Positions 41,740 through 52,648 of a stretch of DNA of 64,000 bases are shown piece by piece. How positions within the stretch are numbered: position 1 is the stretch's first letter; each line of letters begins with the position of its first letter. The DNA is taken from the NCBI GenBank assembly GCA_963724765.1, contig CAVRVY010000002.1:448001-512000 (forward strand), in the 5' to 3' direction. Origin of the DNA: an uncultured delta proteobacterium (GTDB taxonomy: Bacteria; Desulfobacterota; Binatia; Binatales; Binataceae). The position numbers and the translations under genes were made by a program. The notes below the pieces were generated by a model. That model was not told where the DNA came from, did no database searches, and worked only from the letters and a program-made list of their open reading frames with translations.

Positions 41740-42370
41740 CGCGCGATCACTCTAGCTGGAATTTCCAACCCGGGCGAGGCACAGGCATCCTGACGAAATC
41801 TCCTCGGATCACCGGTTCGAGGCGGATCGCGCGATCGCCTTATATTTCCGTTTCCGCGAACGGGCGATGGACCAGGTGTTGCTCGCGGCTCGACTCGTTC
41901 AAGGCGCGCGCCGTCGCCGCCGAGTGAGCTCTGCTTGAACTCTTAGCGAACCGTCGGTCGCCTTCGAGCGTTCGAGATTAGAGCACGGTCGAGGCCCCAT
42001 TCGCGTGTACGTGCAACGGCCATCAAACAAGGGAACAGTTGGTTATCGGAAGAACAAGTAATGCTAGTTTTCGGGCCGAGCCGAACGCCTAATCTGTTAA
42101 GATGCGGGTGCGAAGCGCTCGCACCAGCACTCGGAATTTCTAGTTCAAGTGGTGTTGGAAGCTCATCCTGTTCGTGGTCCACGACTTGATGCTCCGCTAG
42201 CTCTCGCATCCGCAGGGCCGGTAAGAAAGATGTCAGCGAAGATTGCGATCAACGCCTTTGGCCGCCGCACAGGCGCACTCCTTTCGCGCTGCGCTATCTA
42301 TATCGCCGGACGGGCCCGGCGATGCCGCTTACAATTGAGTTTACCCGGGATCGCCCGACCATCTGAGACG

Positions 42371-43669
42371 ATGAGCAGCACTAGACCAATCGTAGAATCT
42401 GAGCTGGAAACGCTTCAGCACCAATCATTCAGTTATTTCCTGCATGAGACGAATCCAGAGAACGGGCTGGTGATCGACAAAACCGCACCGCAGTGGCCCG
42501 CCAGCATTGCCGCTACCGGCTTCGCGCTAGCGGCTTATCCGGTGGCTGTTGAGCGCGGATTCATGCCGCGTGCCGCGGCGGTAAAACGAACTCTGACCAC
42601 GTTGCGTTTTTTCCGGAACAGCCCGCAAGGTCCCGAACCCGATGCCACTGGCTACCGGGGCTTTTACTATCATTTTCTCGACATGCGGACCGGCGGGCGC
42701 GCCTGGCAATGTGAACTCTCAACGATAGATAGCGCTTTTCTGCTGGCAGGTGCGTTGACGGCGGGAGTTTATTTCGATGCGGACACTTCCGACGAGAATG
42801 AAATTCGCATGCTCGCCGACACGCTCTATCGCCGCGCGGATTGGCAATGGGCGCAAAACCGCGGCTCAACGGTTACGCACGGCTGGAAGCCCGAGAGCGG
42901 GTTTCTCAAATACCGTTGGGAAGGCTACGACGAGGCGATGCTACTGTATACCCTCGGGCTGGGCTCGCCCACTCATCCGCTGCCCGAGAGCTGCTACGCC
43001 GCATGGATTTCGACCTACCGGTGGGAACGCTATTACGGATACGAATATCTTTACGCCGGGCCATTGTTCACGCACCAGCTCTCGCATGTCTGGATTGATC
43101 TTCGCGGCGTTCAGGACGCGTTCATGCGCGCCAGGGGCATCGACTATTTCGAGAACAGCCGTCGCGCGACTTATGTGCAACAAAAGTACGCTATCGACAA
43201 CCCACTCAACTTCGCCAGCTATGGCCGCCACTGCTGGGGTATTACAGCGAGCGACGGCCCGGGCCCCCACACGATCAAAGTGCACGGCATCGAGCGCCAA
43301 TTCTTCGGTTACCTGGGACGAGGTGCGCCATATGGGCCCGACGACGGCACCATCGCGCCGTGGGCGGCGGTGACATCGCTGCCGTTCGCGCCCGAAATTG
43401 TGCTGCCCGCGATCGACTACTATATCAACGAGGTTAAATTAGCCGCGCACAATCCCTACGGCTTCAAGGCTACTTTCAACCCGACCTATCCAGTCGAATC
43501 CAGCAATCCTTGCGGCTGGGTATCACCATGGCATTGCGGGCTCAATCAAGGGCCGATTGTCTTGATGATCGAAAACTATCGGACAGGGTTGTTATGGCAA
43601 TTGATGCGAGACTGCCCCTACATCGCCAAGGGCTTGCAGCGAGCGGGATTCAGCGGCAGTTGGTTATGA
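42371..43669 (+). CDS. Glucoamylase-like / GH144-related glycoside hydrolase
   Basis: ASIAATGF, GFYYHFLD, ELSTIDS, GWKPE, GPLFTHQ, WGITASDGP. Start ATG 42371. Confidence 0.85.
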   Translation: MSSTRPIVESELETLQHQSFSYFLHETNPENGLVIDKTAPQWPASIAATGFALAAYPVAVERGFMPRAAAVKRTLTTLRFFRNSPQGPEPDATGYRGFYYHFLDMRTGGRAWQCELSTIDSAFLLAGALTAGVYFDADTSDENEIRMLADTLYRRADWQWAQNRGSTVTHGWKPESGFLKYRWEGYDEAMLLYTLGLGSPTHPLPESCYAAWISTYRWERYYGYEYLYAGPLFTHQLSHVWIDLRGVQDAFMRARGIDYFENSRRATYVQQKYAIDNPLNFASYGRHCWGITASDGPGPHTIKVHGIERQFFGYLGRGAPYGPDDGTIAPWAAVTSLPFAPEIVLPAIDYYINEVKLAAHNPYGFKATFNPTYPVESSNPCGWVSPWHCGLNQGPIVLMIENYRTGLLWQLMRDCPYIAKGLQRAGFSGSWL

Positions 43670-43750
43670 ACGCTGTACGACGAGGAACTCATGATCGTCT
43701 GAATGGTTTGCCGCGTTCCTGGCCTTGGCTGAAAAGAGGAGAACTGAGCC

Positions 43751-46181
43751 ATGGAGACGACAACTCTTTCCCCGGAATTGTTAAACAAGATAAATGCCTA
43801 TTGGCGCGCCGCCAACTATCTATCGGTCGGCCAGATATATCTCTACGACAATCCGCTGCTGAAGGAGCCGCTGGAACTATCGCACGTGAAGCCGCTGGTG
43901 GTCGGACACTGGGGCACGACGCCGGGCCAGAACTTCATCTATGTGCATTTGAACCGTGTCATCAAGAAGTATGACCTGGACATGTTCTATATTGCCGGCC
44001 CTGGTCACGGTGGTCCGGCACTAGTGGGCAATACCTATCTCGAAGGCACTTATAGTGAGGTTTATCCGGAGATCAGCCAAGACGAAGCCGGGCTGAAAAA
44101 GCTATTCAAGCAGTTCTCGTTTCCGGGTGGGATTTCCAGCCATGTGGCCCCATCGACGCCGGGATCAATTCACGAAGGTGGCGAGTTGGGCTATTCGCTA
44201 AGTCACGCCTTCGGGGCCGCATTCGACAATCCCGATCTGATCGTCGCCTGCATCATCGGTGACGGTGAGGCGGAAACGGGGCCCCTGGCGACAGCATGGC
44301 AATCCAACAAGTTTCTGGACCCAATTTCCGACGGAGCCGTGCTGCCGATCCTGCATCTCAATGGCTACAAGATCAGCAACCCGACGATCCTGGCCCGCAT
44401 CGAGCATGAGGAGTTGGAGCAATTTCTACGAGGCTGCGGCTGGACCCCCCACTTTGTAGAAGGTGATGAGCCGGAGAAGATGCATCAACTCATGGCCGGT
44501 ACTTTAGAAGAGGTCATCGACGACATTCGACAAATCCAGAGCAATGCGCGGAACAAGAACGACACCAGTCGGCCGCGCTGGCCGATGATCGTCCTCAGGT
44601 CACCCAAGGGCTGGACGGGTCCGAAAGTCGTCGATGGCCTGCAAATCGAGGGCACCTTCCGTGCGCACCAGGTGCCGCTGCTGGTGGATTCGGAGCATCC
44701 CGACCACGTCAAGCAGCTTGAAAGCTGGATGAAGAGCTACAAGGCGGCAGAGCTGTTCGATGAGAATGGCCGACTCATCTCGGAGCTGGCCGAGCTAGCG
44801 CCCAAGGGCGACCGGCGGATGGGCGCCAATCCGCACACTAACGGCGGCATTCTGCTGCGCGATCTGCGGATGCCGGACTTCCATGACCACGCCGTAAATG
44901 TGCCTTCGCCTGGCGCCGTTGACGGCCAGGACACGCTCGTACTGGGCAAGTTCCTGCGTGATGTGGCCAAGCTGAATCAGGATCAGCGTAATTTCCGGGT
45001 GTTCGGTCCCGATGAGACGCTCTCGAATCTTCTGGGCGCGATTTTTGAAGTTACCGACCGTCAGTGGGACGCTCGCGAAGTAAAAAATGACGAATTCCTC
45101 GCGCCTGCCGGACGCGTACTGGATTCGATGCTCAGTGAACATCAGTGCGAAGGTTGGTTGGAAGGATACCTACTGACAGGACGACATGGGCTTTTCAACT
45201 GTTACGAGGCTTTCATCCACATCATCGATTCGATGTTCAACCAGCACGCCAAATGGCTGAAGGTGACGTTGGAACTGCCCTGGCGCCGGAAGATCGCGTT
45301 CGTTGAACTACCTCCTCGCCTCCCACGTCTGGCAGCAGGATCACAACGGCTTCACTCATCAGGATCCGGGCTTTCTCGACCACGTCATCAACAAGAAGGC
45401 CGATATCGTGCGCGTGTACCTACCGCCCGATGCCAACTGCCTGCTGTCCGTCTTTGATCACTGCCTGCGCAGCCGGCACTACGTCAACGTGGTGGTTGCA
45501 GGCAAACACGCACTGCCCCAATGGCTGACTATGGAAGCTGCGGTCGTGCATTGCACGGAAGGAATTGGCATCTGGCAATGGGCCAGCAACGATCAGGGCA
45601 GCGAGCCGGACGTGGTGATGGCCTGTTGCGGAGACACGCCTACGCTGGAGATCCTGGCGGCCGTTTCCATCCTTCGTAAACATTTGCCCGATCTGAAAAT
45701 CCGGGTGATCAATGTCGTCGATTTGATGAAGTTGCAGTCCGAGAGCGAGCACCCGCACGGGCTAAGCGAAACGGATTACGATGCGCTCTTCACCAAAGAT
45801 AAGCACATCATCTTCGGCTTCCATGGATACCCATGGCTCGTCCATCGGCTGACCTATCGCCGCACCAACCTCAATCTGCACGTCCGCGGCTACAAGGAGG
45901 AGGGCACGATCACGACCGCTTTCGATATGCGAGTCCAGAACGATTTGGACCGGTTTCATCTGGTCCAGGATGTGATCGATCGTCTGCCGCAGTTGGGTGC
46001 CCAAGGAAATTATCTGAAGCAACAGATGAAGGACAAGCTCATCGAGCACAAGCATTACATTGATAAACACGGCCAGGATTTGCCGGAAATCCGGAACTGG
46101 AAGTGGCAGGAGCCGAGCAGTAACAACGCCGAACCGAGACCATTGCGGATGGAATCGGGAAGGCTCGGATCTCATGAGTAG
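43751..46181 (+). CDS. xfp: Xylulose-5-P/fructose-6-P phosphoketolase, +1 frameshift near 45299
   Basis: [35 protein letters not shown]. The frame switches at KIA/SLNYLL, followed by [12 protein letters not shown]. Confidence 0.93.
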
Positions 46182-46398
46182 GACAAAGCACCGTCACCAC
46201 CGTCATAGTGCAGATAGTGACAGTGTTAATCATGGCTTCCATCGTCCTTACTGGAAACATGCGCATCATGATTGGCGTCTGGTGGTCGCCGTGTCCTTGA
46301 TGCTTATAGCCATACTTATTTATGTGATAAGCGATGACCTGGCGTGGCGCCCTCGCGGGCAACCGCACCAGCCGCTTTCAGGCGCCGTCAAAAATTAG
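46174..46398 (+). CDS. Small His-rich single-pass membrane protein
   Basis: [11 protein letters not shown]...[12 protein letters not shown] followed by a TM helix. Overlaps the xfp stop; a decayed copy lies at about 49408. Confidence 0.7.
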   Translation: MSRTKHRHHRHSADSDSVNHGFHRPYWKHAHHDWRLVVAVSLMLIAILIYVISDDLAWRPRGQPHQPLSGAVKN

Positions 46399-46527
46399 CA
46401 GAAATCCCTGCCGTCCGTGATCACCAAAAAATCGTCAAAATGAATACTTAATTGCTTATCGATATCAGCATCACAACAAGCATCTCGTTACTCACGAAAC
46501 CTGCAAAGGAAATCGGCAGGAGTTGAA

Positions 46528-49329
46528 ATGGCTATCCAGAAGGATTCCGGAGAAGATGCGAAGACCATAGACGATTCAAATGACTCCGCGCCAGAAGGGC
46601 CCGAGGCAAGTGCGGCTAAGTCCAAGGGCTCGAAGGTTGGCGTGGATGAGATTCGCAAGCGCGCCTACGAAGTCTTCCAGGCGCGCCATGGTGGACTCGG
46701 CAGTGCGGTCGAAGACTGGCAAAAGGCCGAGGCCTCAGCTTCTGCAGACGCGCCCAAGCCGGATGGGGCCAAGCCCGCAGCGCCAACGGCAGATGCGTCC
46801 AAAGGTGTGCAGATACCAGCTGATACCGGGACGATCCAGGAGGCGCTCCGCAAGTTCCATTCGAGTATCGAAGATGGACTGACCCAGGAGGAGGCGGCAA
46901 GCCGGCTCAAGAAGGACGGTCTGAACGCCATCGAAGAAAAGCGCATCAGTCCCCTCAAGCGGTTCCTGACGTTCCTTTGGGGACCTATCGCTTGGATGAT
47001 CGAAATTGCCGCAATACTTTCCGCAGTGGTTCGGCATTGGGAAGATTTCATCATCATCTTTTTCATGTTGGCGCTGAATGCGGTCGTCGGCTTCTGGGAG
47101 GAATTCAAGGCCGACAATGAGATCGAAGCGCTGAAAAAGAATCTCGCACTGCATACACGGGTGCTGCGCGACGGCAAGTGGAGTGACGTCGAGGCCAAGA
47201 CCTTGGTGAGCGGGGATATTGTCATGGTCAAACTCGGCAATGTCATCCCCGCCGACCTGAAGCTGGTCGATGGCGATTACCTCAGCATCGATCAAGCGGC
47301 GCTCACGGGAGAGTCGCTGCCGGTCGACAAGAAGAAAAATGACGTGGCGTATTCGGGATCGATCGTGCGAATGGGCCAGATGAACGGGCTCGTCGTCGCA
47401 ACCGGGATGAACACGCTTTTCGGTCGAACCGCACGACTGGTCGAAACGGTAGAGGCCGTCTCCCACTTTCAGAGGGCGGTGCTCAAGATCGGCAACTTCC
47501 TCATTCTGATCACGCTCGGTCTGGTCGCATTGATCCTGACCTGCGCGCTATATCGCGGCGACCCGCTGGTCGAAACCCTGCTGTTTGCGCTGATTCTTAC
47601 CGTCGCTGCGATACCAGTTGCCTTGCCCGCCGTACTGTCCGTCACGATGGCCGTCGGCGCATCCGTGCTCGCTCGAATGAAGGCTATTGTCTCCCGCCTC
47701 GTCGCGATCGAAGAGATGGCCGGCATGGACATTCTCTGCTCGGACAAGACCGGTACGCTCACTAAGAGCGAACTCAAGTTGAGCAAACCAGTGGTCTTCA
47801 AGGCGGACAGCGAGCAGGACCTGATTCTGGGCGCGGCGTTGGCCTCGCGAACTGAGGGTGGAGATAGCATCGACGAGGCCGTCCTCAAAGCTCTCAGCGA
47901 TCACGCGGCGCTAAAGGCCTATCAAATCACTCATTTCACACCCTTCGATCCGGTCAGCAAGCGAACCGAGGCCGCGGTCAAACACGACAACGCCACTTTC
48001 AAAATTTCGAAGGGCGCCCCGCAGGTGATTCTGGATCTGGTCCACCCCGAGGAGGACGCGCGCAAAAAAGCGGAAGGAGAGGTTAACGAACTTGCTGCCA
48101 AAGGCTACCGCACCCTAGGCGTCGCGCGCACCGATACGCAGGGGCAGTGGGAATTCCTTGGACTGTTGTCGCTGTCCGATCCTCCGCGTGACGATTCAGC
48201 CTCGACAATCGCAACCGCACGAAAGATGGGACTCCAGGTTCGGATGGTAACCGGCGATAATCTTGCGATTGCCCGCGAAGTATCGCTCGAACTTAAGCTG
48301 GGACCGAAAATTGCGGTGGCCAGCGCTCTCTTTCCCGACGGCAAGGCCGACGACAGTAACAAGATAGACGCGGCCGACGGCTACGCAGAGGTTTTTCCCG
48401 AGCATAAGTTCAAAATCGTCAAAATCCTCCAGAGGCGTGGACATATCGTTGGAATGACCGGGGACGGCGTCAACGACGCTCCCGCGCTCAAACAGGCTGA
48501 TTGTGGAATCGCGGTGAGCGGCGCCACCGACGCCGCTCGTGCCGCGGCAGATCTGGTGCTCACGGCGACGGGTCTCTCCGTAATCACCGCCGCAATTGCA
48601 GAAGCACGCAAGATCTTCGAGCGCATGAACAGCTACGCGATCTATCGGATTTCCGAAACCATCCGCGTGCTGCTCTTTATGACGCTGGCGATCGTAGTGT
48701 TCAACTTCTACCCGGTAACCGCGGTCATGATCGTGCTCATCGCGGTCCTAAACGACTTCCCGATCATGATGATCGCCTACGACAACACCATCGTAGCTCC
48801 ACGCCCGGTGCGCTGGGACATGGAACGCGTACTTACGGTCAGTTCGGTTCTCGGCGTGATGGGTGTTATCTCCGCATTCGGCCTTTTCTGGATCGCGGAG
48901 AAATACCTTCAACTGCCCCGGCCAATCGTTCAGAGTCTCATGTTCCTGAAGCTCCTGGTAGCAGGGCACCTTACCATCTACATCACGCGAAGCGTGGGAA
49001 CGTTTTGGCAGCGCCCGTGGCCCAATTGGCGCCTGGTCGTTGCCTGCGAAACAACCCAGGTCATCGGAACACTGGCCGCCGTCTACGGATGGGGCATGAC
49101 GCCGCTGGGATGGAAATATGCTCTGGCAGTGTGGGGCTATGCGCTCGTATGGTTCTTCATCAACGACTTGGTGAAGGTTGAGGTATACCGCCTGATGCAT
49201 CTGGGGACTGCAAGCCATCAGCGCCATCTGGCGAGAATTAACGCCAGCCTTCATCCGGCCCCAGTCGTCAAGCCTGAAGATCCTCACCGACAACGGCACG
49301 CGCATTCTCAAGTTCTATCTCCACATTAG
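46528..49329 (+). CDS. P3A plasma-membrane H+-exporting P-type ATPase with an N-terminal DUF2934-like segment
   Basis: TGES, IPVALP, DKTGTLT, KGAP, GDGVNDAPALK, M6 LNDF. N-terminus EIRKRAYE...EDWQKAE. Confidence 0.92.
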   Translation: MAIQKDSGEDAKTIDDSNDSAPEGPEASAAKSKGSKVGVDEIRKRAYEVFQARHGGLGSAVEDWQKAEASASADAPKPDGAKPAAPTADASKGVQIPADTGTIQEALRKFHSSIEDGLTQEEAASRLKKDGLNAIEEKRISPLKRFLTFLWGPIAWMIEIAAILSAVVRHWEDFIIIFFMLALNAVVGFWEEFKADNEIEALKKNLALHTRVLRDGKWSDVEAKTLVSGDIVMVKLGNVIPADLKLVDGDYLSIDQAALTGESLPVDKKKNDVAYSGSIVRMGQMNGLVVATGMNTLFGRTARLVETVEAVSHFQRAVLKIGNFLILITLGLVALILTCALYRGDPLVETLLFALILTVAAIPVALPAVLSVTMAVGASVLARMKAIVSRLVAIEEMAGMDILCSDKTGTLTKSELKLSKPVVFKADSEQDLILGAALASRTEGGDSIDEAVLKALSDHAALKAYQITHFTPFDPVSKRTEAAVKHDNATFKISKGAPQVILDLVHPEEDARKKAEGEVNELAAKGYRTLGVARTDTQGQWEFLGLLSLSDPPRDDSASTIATARKMGLQVRMVTGDNLAIAREVSLELKLGPKIAVASALFPDGKADDSNKIDAADGYAEVFPEHKFKIVKILQRRGHIVGMTGDGVNDAPALKQADCGIAVSGATDAARAAADLVLTATGLSVITAAIAEARKIFERMNSYAIYRISETIRVLLFMTLAIVVFNFYPVTAVMIVLIAVLNDFPIMMIAYDNTIVAPRPVRWDMERVLTVSSVLGVMGVISAFGLFWIAEKYLQLPRPIVQSLMFLKLLVAGHLTIYITRSVGTFWQRPWPNWRLVVACETTQVIGTLAAVYGWGMTPLGWKYALAVWGYALVWFFINDLVKVEVYRLMHLGTASHQRHLARINASLHPAPVVKPEDPHRQRHAHSQVLSPH

Positions 49330-49389
49330 TCCAGAGGAGCAGCTCGAGCGCTTCGAGCAGCGCTTCGATGATCCGATGCGGCAATGGAA
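49276..49389 (+). repeat. Duplicated internal fragment of the downstream PPK2 gene (53113-53226)
   Basis: Shares AACGGCACGCGCATTCTCAAGTTCTATCTCCACATTAG and stays colinear for about 114 bp. Confidence 0.9.
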
Positions 49390-49407
49390 CAAAAAGCTAC
49401 GGTATTC

Positions 49408-49580
49408 ATCATGGCTTCCATCGTCCTTACTAGAAGCATGCGCATCATGATTGCGTTTGGTGGTCGCCGTGAGCTTGACGCTTGTGGCCCTGTTTACTTA
49501 TGTGATGAGCGACGACCTGGCGTGATGGTCTCGCAGCCAACCGCAGCGCCGCTTTCAGGCGCCGTCGAAAAATAACAGAG
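49408..49580 (+). pseudogene. Decayed copy of the small His-rich membrane gene (46229-46402)
   Basis: ATCATGGCTTCCATCGTCCTTACT...GCCGCTTTCAGGCGCCGTC, colinear, with TGG-to-TAG/TGA stops and indels. Confidence 0.85.
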
Positions 49581-49635
49581 CTCCGGAGACTTTCATCATC
49601 AGAGAGTCATCTCAAGTGAGTACTGAGCGAAACCG

Positions 49636-50232
49636 ATGAGCGGGAAACCAAAACCTAATATCGTCTCCTATCTGGGATTCGCCGCATGGCTTGTCTATGG
49701 CCTCTTGGGCGCGCGGGAGTTCTGGAGAACGGCAGCATGCGCAGGGTTGGTGATCATGCTGGCGATTGTCGCAAACGAGATTCGTACCCGGAGCGTCAAG
49801 ATAATCGATTGCACCTCGCTCGCCTTTTTCATCCTTGTGATTTTCGAGCTCGCCACCATTGGTGAAGGGTATTTCATTCGCTACCAGACCATCTTCGGAT
49901 GGGGCTTATTCGCGGTAGCCGCATGGGTAACGATGATTGTCGGCGTTCCCTTCAGGCTTCAGTACGCTCGAGAGAGAGCGCCGCATGAGCTGTGGGACAA
50001 GCCATTGTTTCGCCGCGTTCAATTCCGCCTCAGTGTGGCATGGGCGATCATCTTCACACTCGATACCATTTTGGCAGCTATCGCACTCGGCGTTGGCCAC
50101 CGATTGCTGCTGATCGCGGTCATACCGGGTGCGAGCATGTTTGTCGGCTTCGCGCTGACTGTGCTCTATCCAGCGTACTACCAACGCGAGTTCGCCACGC
50201 AAATGGTGCACGGGTCCGCCTCCGCTTCGTGA
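49636..50232 (+). CDS. Membrane hypothetical protein
   Basis: About six TM helices, PFRLQYARE..P..LW..P.F motif. Confidence 0.7.
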   Translation: MSGKPKPNIVSYLGFAAWLVYGLLGAREFWRTAACAGLVIMLAIVANEIRTRSVKIIDCTSLAFFILVIFELATIGEGYFIRYQTIFGWGLFAVAAWVTMIVGVPFRLQYARERAPHELWDKPLFRRVQFRLSVAWAIIFTLDTILAAIALGVGHRLLLIAVIPGASMFVGFALTVLYPAYYQREFATQMVHGSASAS

Positions 50233-50242
50233 AGGAACAGAG

Positions 50243-52574
50243 GTGACCACTTACGCCTAACACCAATGGATCACTGAGCGGCCTTACGAGCGAAGAGGCC
50301 GCTACGCGGCTCAAGAAGTTCGGCCCCAACGCGATGCCCGATACGACGGCGCATCCGTTGCGTTCGGCGTTGAGCAAATTCTGGACGCCAGTTCCATGGA
50401 TGCTCGAGGCTGCGATCGTGCTCGAGGTGGTGCTCGGCAAGTACGTCGAGGCCGCGGTCATCGCGGCCCTGCTGGTGTTCAACGCCGCGCTCGGGTTTTT
50501 CCAGGAGTCGCGGGCCCAGGCAACTCTGGCCGCGCTGAAGTCGCGGCTGGCGCTGAACGCGTCGGTCCGGCGCGGCGGTGTTTGGACGACCGTGCCCGCT
50601 GTCGTATTGGTGCCGGGCGATATCGTGAAGCTGTCTTTGGGTGCTGTGGTGGCTGCCGACGTGCGCCTGCTCGAAGGGTCAGTTTTGCTTGACCAGTCCA
50701 TGCTTACCGGCGAATCCATCCCTATCGACGCTGGTCCGGGCGTGCCGACCTATGCCGGCGCGCTGGTGCGTCGCGGCGAGGCGGTTGGGGAGGTCACGGC
50801 GACCGGAACACACACGAAGTTTGGACGCACCGCGGAGCTGGTCCGCACCGCTCATGTCACCAGTTCCGAGCAGAAGGCGGTTCTCCGTGTGGTGCGCAAT
50901 CTTGCCTTGTTCAACAGCATCGTCATTGTCCTGCTGGTGGTATACGCCTACAGGCTCGCGATGCCGCTGGCTGAAATCATACCCCTGGTGCTGACCGCGA
51001 TCCTCGCGTCGATCCCGGTGGCGCTGCCTGCCACCTTTACCGTTGCCGCAGCGCTGGGCGCACGCGCACTGGCGCGCCTGGGCGTGCTTCCGACGCGGCT
51101 CTCGGCCGTTGACGAAGCGGCAACGATCGACGTCTTGTGCGCCGATAAGACCGGCACGCTGACACGCAACGAATTGACGGTGACGGCAGTCCGTCCTGCG
51201 CCGGGCTTCGACGAAACCGGATTGCTGGAACTAGCGGCGGTAGCGAGTGCGGACGGCGGGCAGGATCCGGTCGATGCAGCCATTCGCACTGCAGCTTCGG
51301 GCAAGAGCGCCAAGCTGCCGAAATTGATTAAGTTCATTCCCTTCGATCCCGCAAAGAAGACCTCCGAGGCGACTGCCGTGGATCCAAGCGGGGGCGGCAC
51401 CATACGGGTGGTGAAGGGAGCCTATGCCGCAGTGATCGGCCTTGCGCCATCATTGCCGGAGCTGTCGGGCACGGCAAAGGAACTGGAGGCGCAGGGCTTC
51501 AGGCTGCTCGCCGTCGCGACTGGTACCGCCGCGGCGATGCGCCTGGCGGGACTGATCGCGTTGAGCGATCCGCCACGCGCTGACTCGGCGGCGCTGGTCA
51601 CGGAGATGCGCACTTTGGGCGTGCGCACCGTGATGGTTACGGGAGACGCTCCCGCGACGGCCGCAATCGTAGCTCGTGCGGTGGGACTCGATGGAGTCGT
51701 TTGTCCACCTGGCCCAATTCCCGACGCTGTGACGCCTGAGAAATTTGCGGTCTTTGCCGGCGTCCTCCCCGAGGACAAGTATAAACTCGTGAAGGCCTTT
51801 CAGAAGGGCGGCCACAATGTTGCGATGTGCGGCGACGGCGCCAACGACGCGCCGGCCTTGCGCCAGGCGCAGATGGGAATCGCGGTATCGACAGCGACCG
51901 ATGTTGCCAAGTCGGCGGCCGGTATAGTCCTCACCACGCCGGGACTCGGCGGCATCGTGGCCTCGATCAAGGAAGGCCGCATGACCTTTCAGCGCATCCT
52001 GACCTACACGCTGAGCTCGGTTACCAAGAAGATCGTACAGGTGCTCTTCCTGGCGGTTGGTCTGGTGATGACTGGACACGCGATCCTGACCCCGATGCTA
52101 ATGGTCATCATTATGCTGACCGGCGACTTCCTGGGCATGTCGTTGACGACCGACAATGTGAGTCCCTCGCCGGTGCCCGATGCCTGGCGAATCGGCAACT
52201 TGACGCTGGTGGGGATCTTTATGGGAGTTTGCGAGTTGGCCTATTGCACCGCCATTTTGGCCATCGGCAAATTCCGGCTGGGGCTTGGAATCGAGGCGCT
52301 GCAAACGATGGCCTTTCTCGCCGTTGTGTTCGGCAATGAGGCGTCGCTCTATGCCATCCGCGGACGCCGACGGCTGTGGTCCACGCCAAGCCGCTGGCTT
52401 GTTCTGTCGTCGGTAGGGGATCTCCTGATCGCCTCGATATTGGCCGCCTGCGGGATCGTAATGACGGCTCTGCCCGTCATTATTGTGGCCGGCATACTGG
52501 CCGCGGCAGTTGTCTTGGCATTCGTCGCGGATATCGCGAAATTCCCGGTCTTGAAGCGCCTTAGGATCGCCTAG
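50243..52574 (+). CDS. Second P3A-like P-type ATPase (true start probably GTG 50243, with a +1 frameshift within about 10 nt)
   Basis: GLTSEEAATRLKKFGPN upstream of ATG 50334; TGES, IPVALP, DKTGTLT, GDGANDAPAL, M6 LTGDF. Confidence 0.88.
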
Positions 52575-52648
52575 AGGCGTGACTGAGCATCGGCAGTACC
52601 TAAAAAAAATAGTGCGTCGCTAGCCAAGTCTTAGGAGAACCCGCGACG

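Noticed and set aside
45290-45310. Programmed ribosomal frameshift in xfp or other split genes
   Set aside because: No slippery heptamer, and the same +1 pattern recurs in unrelated genes, which points to sequencing error.
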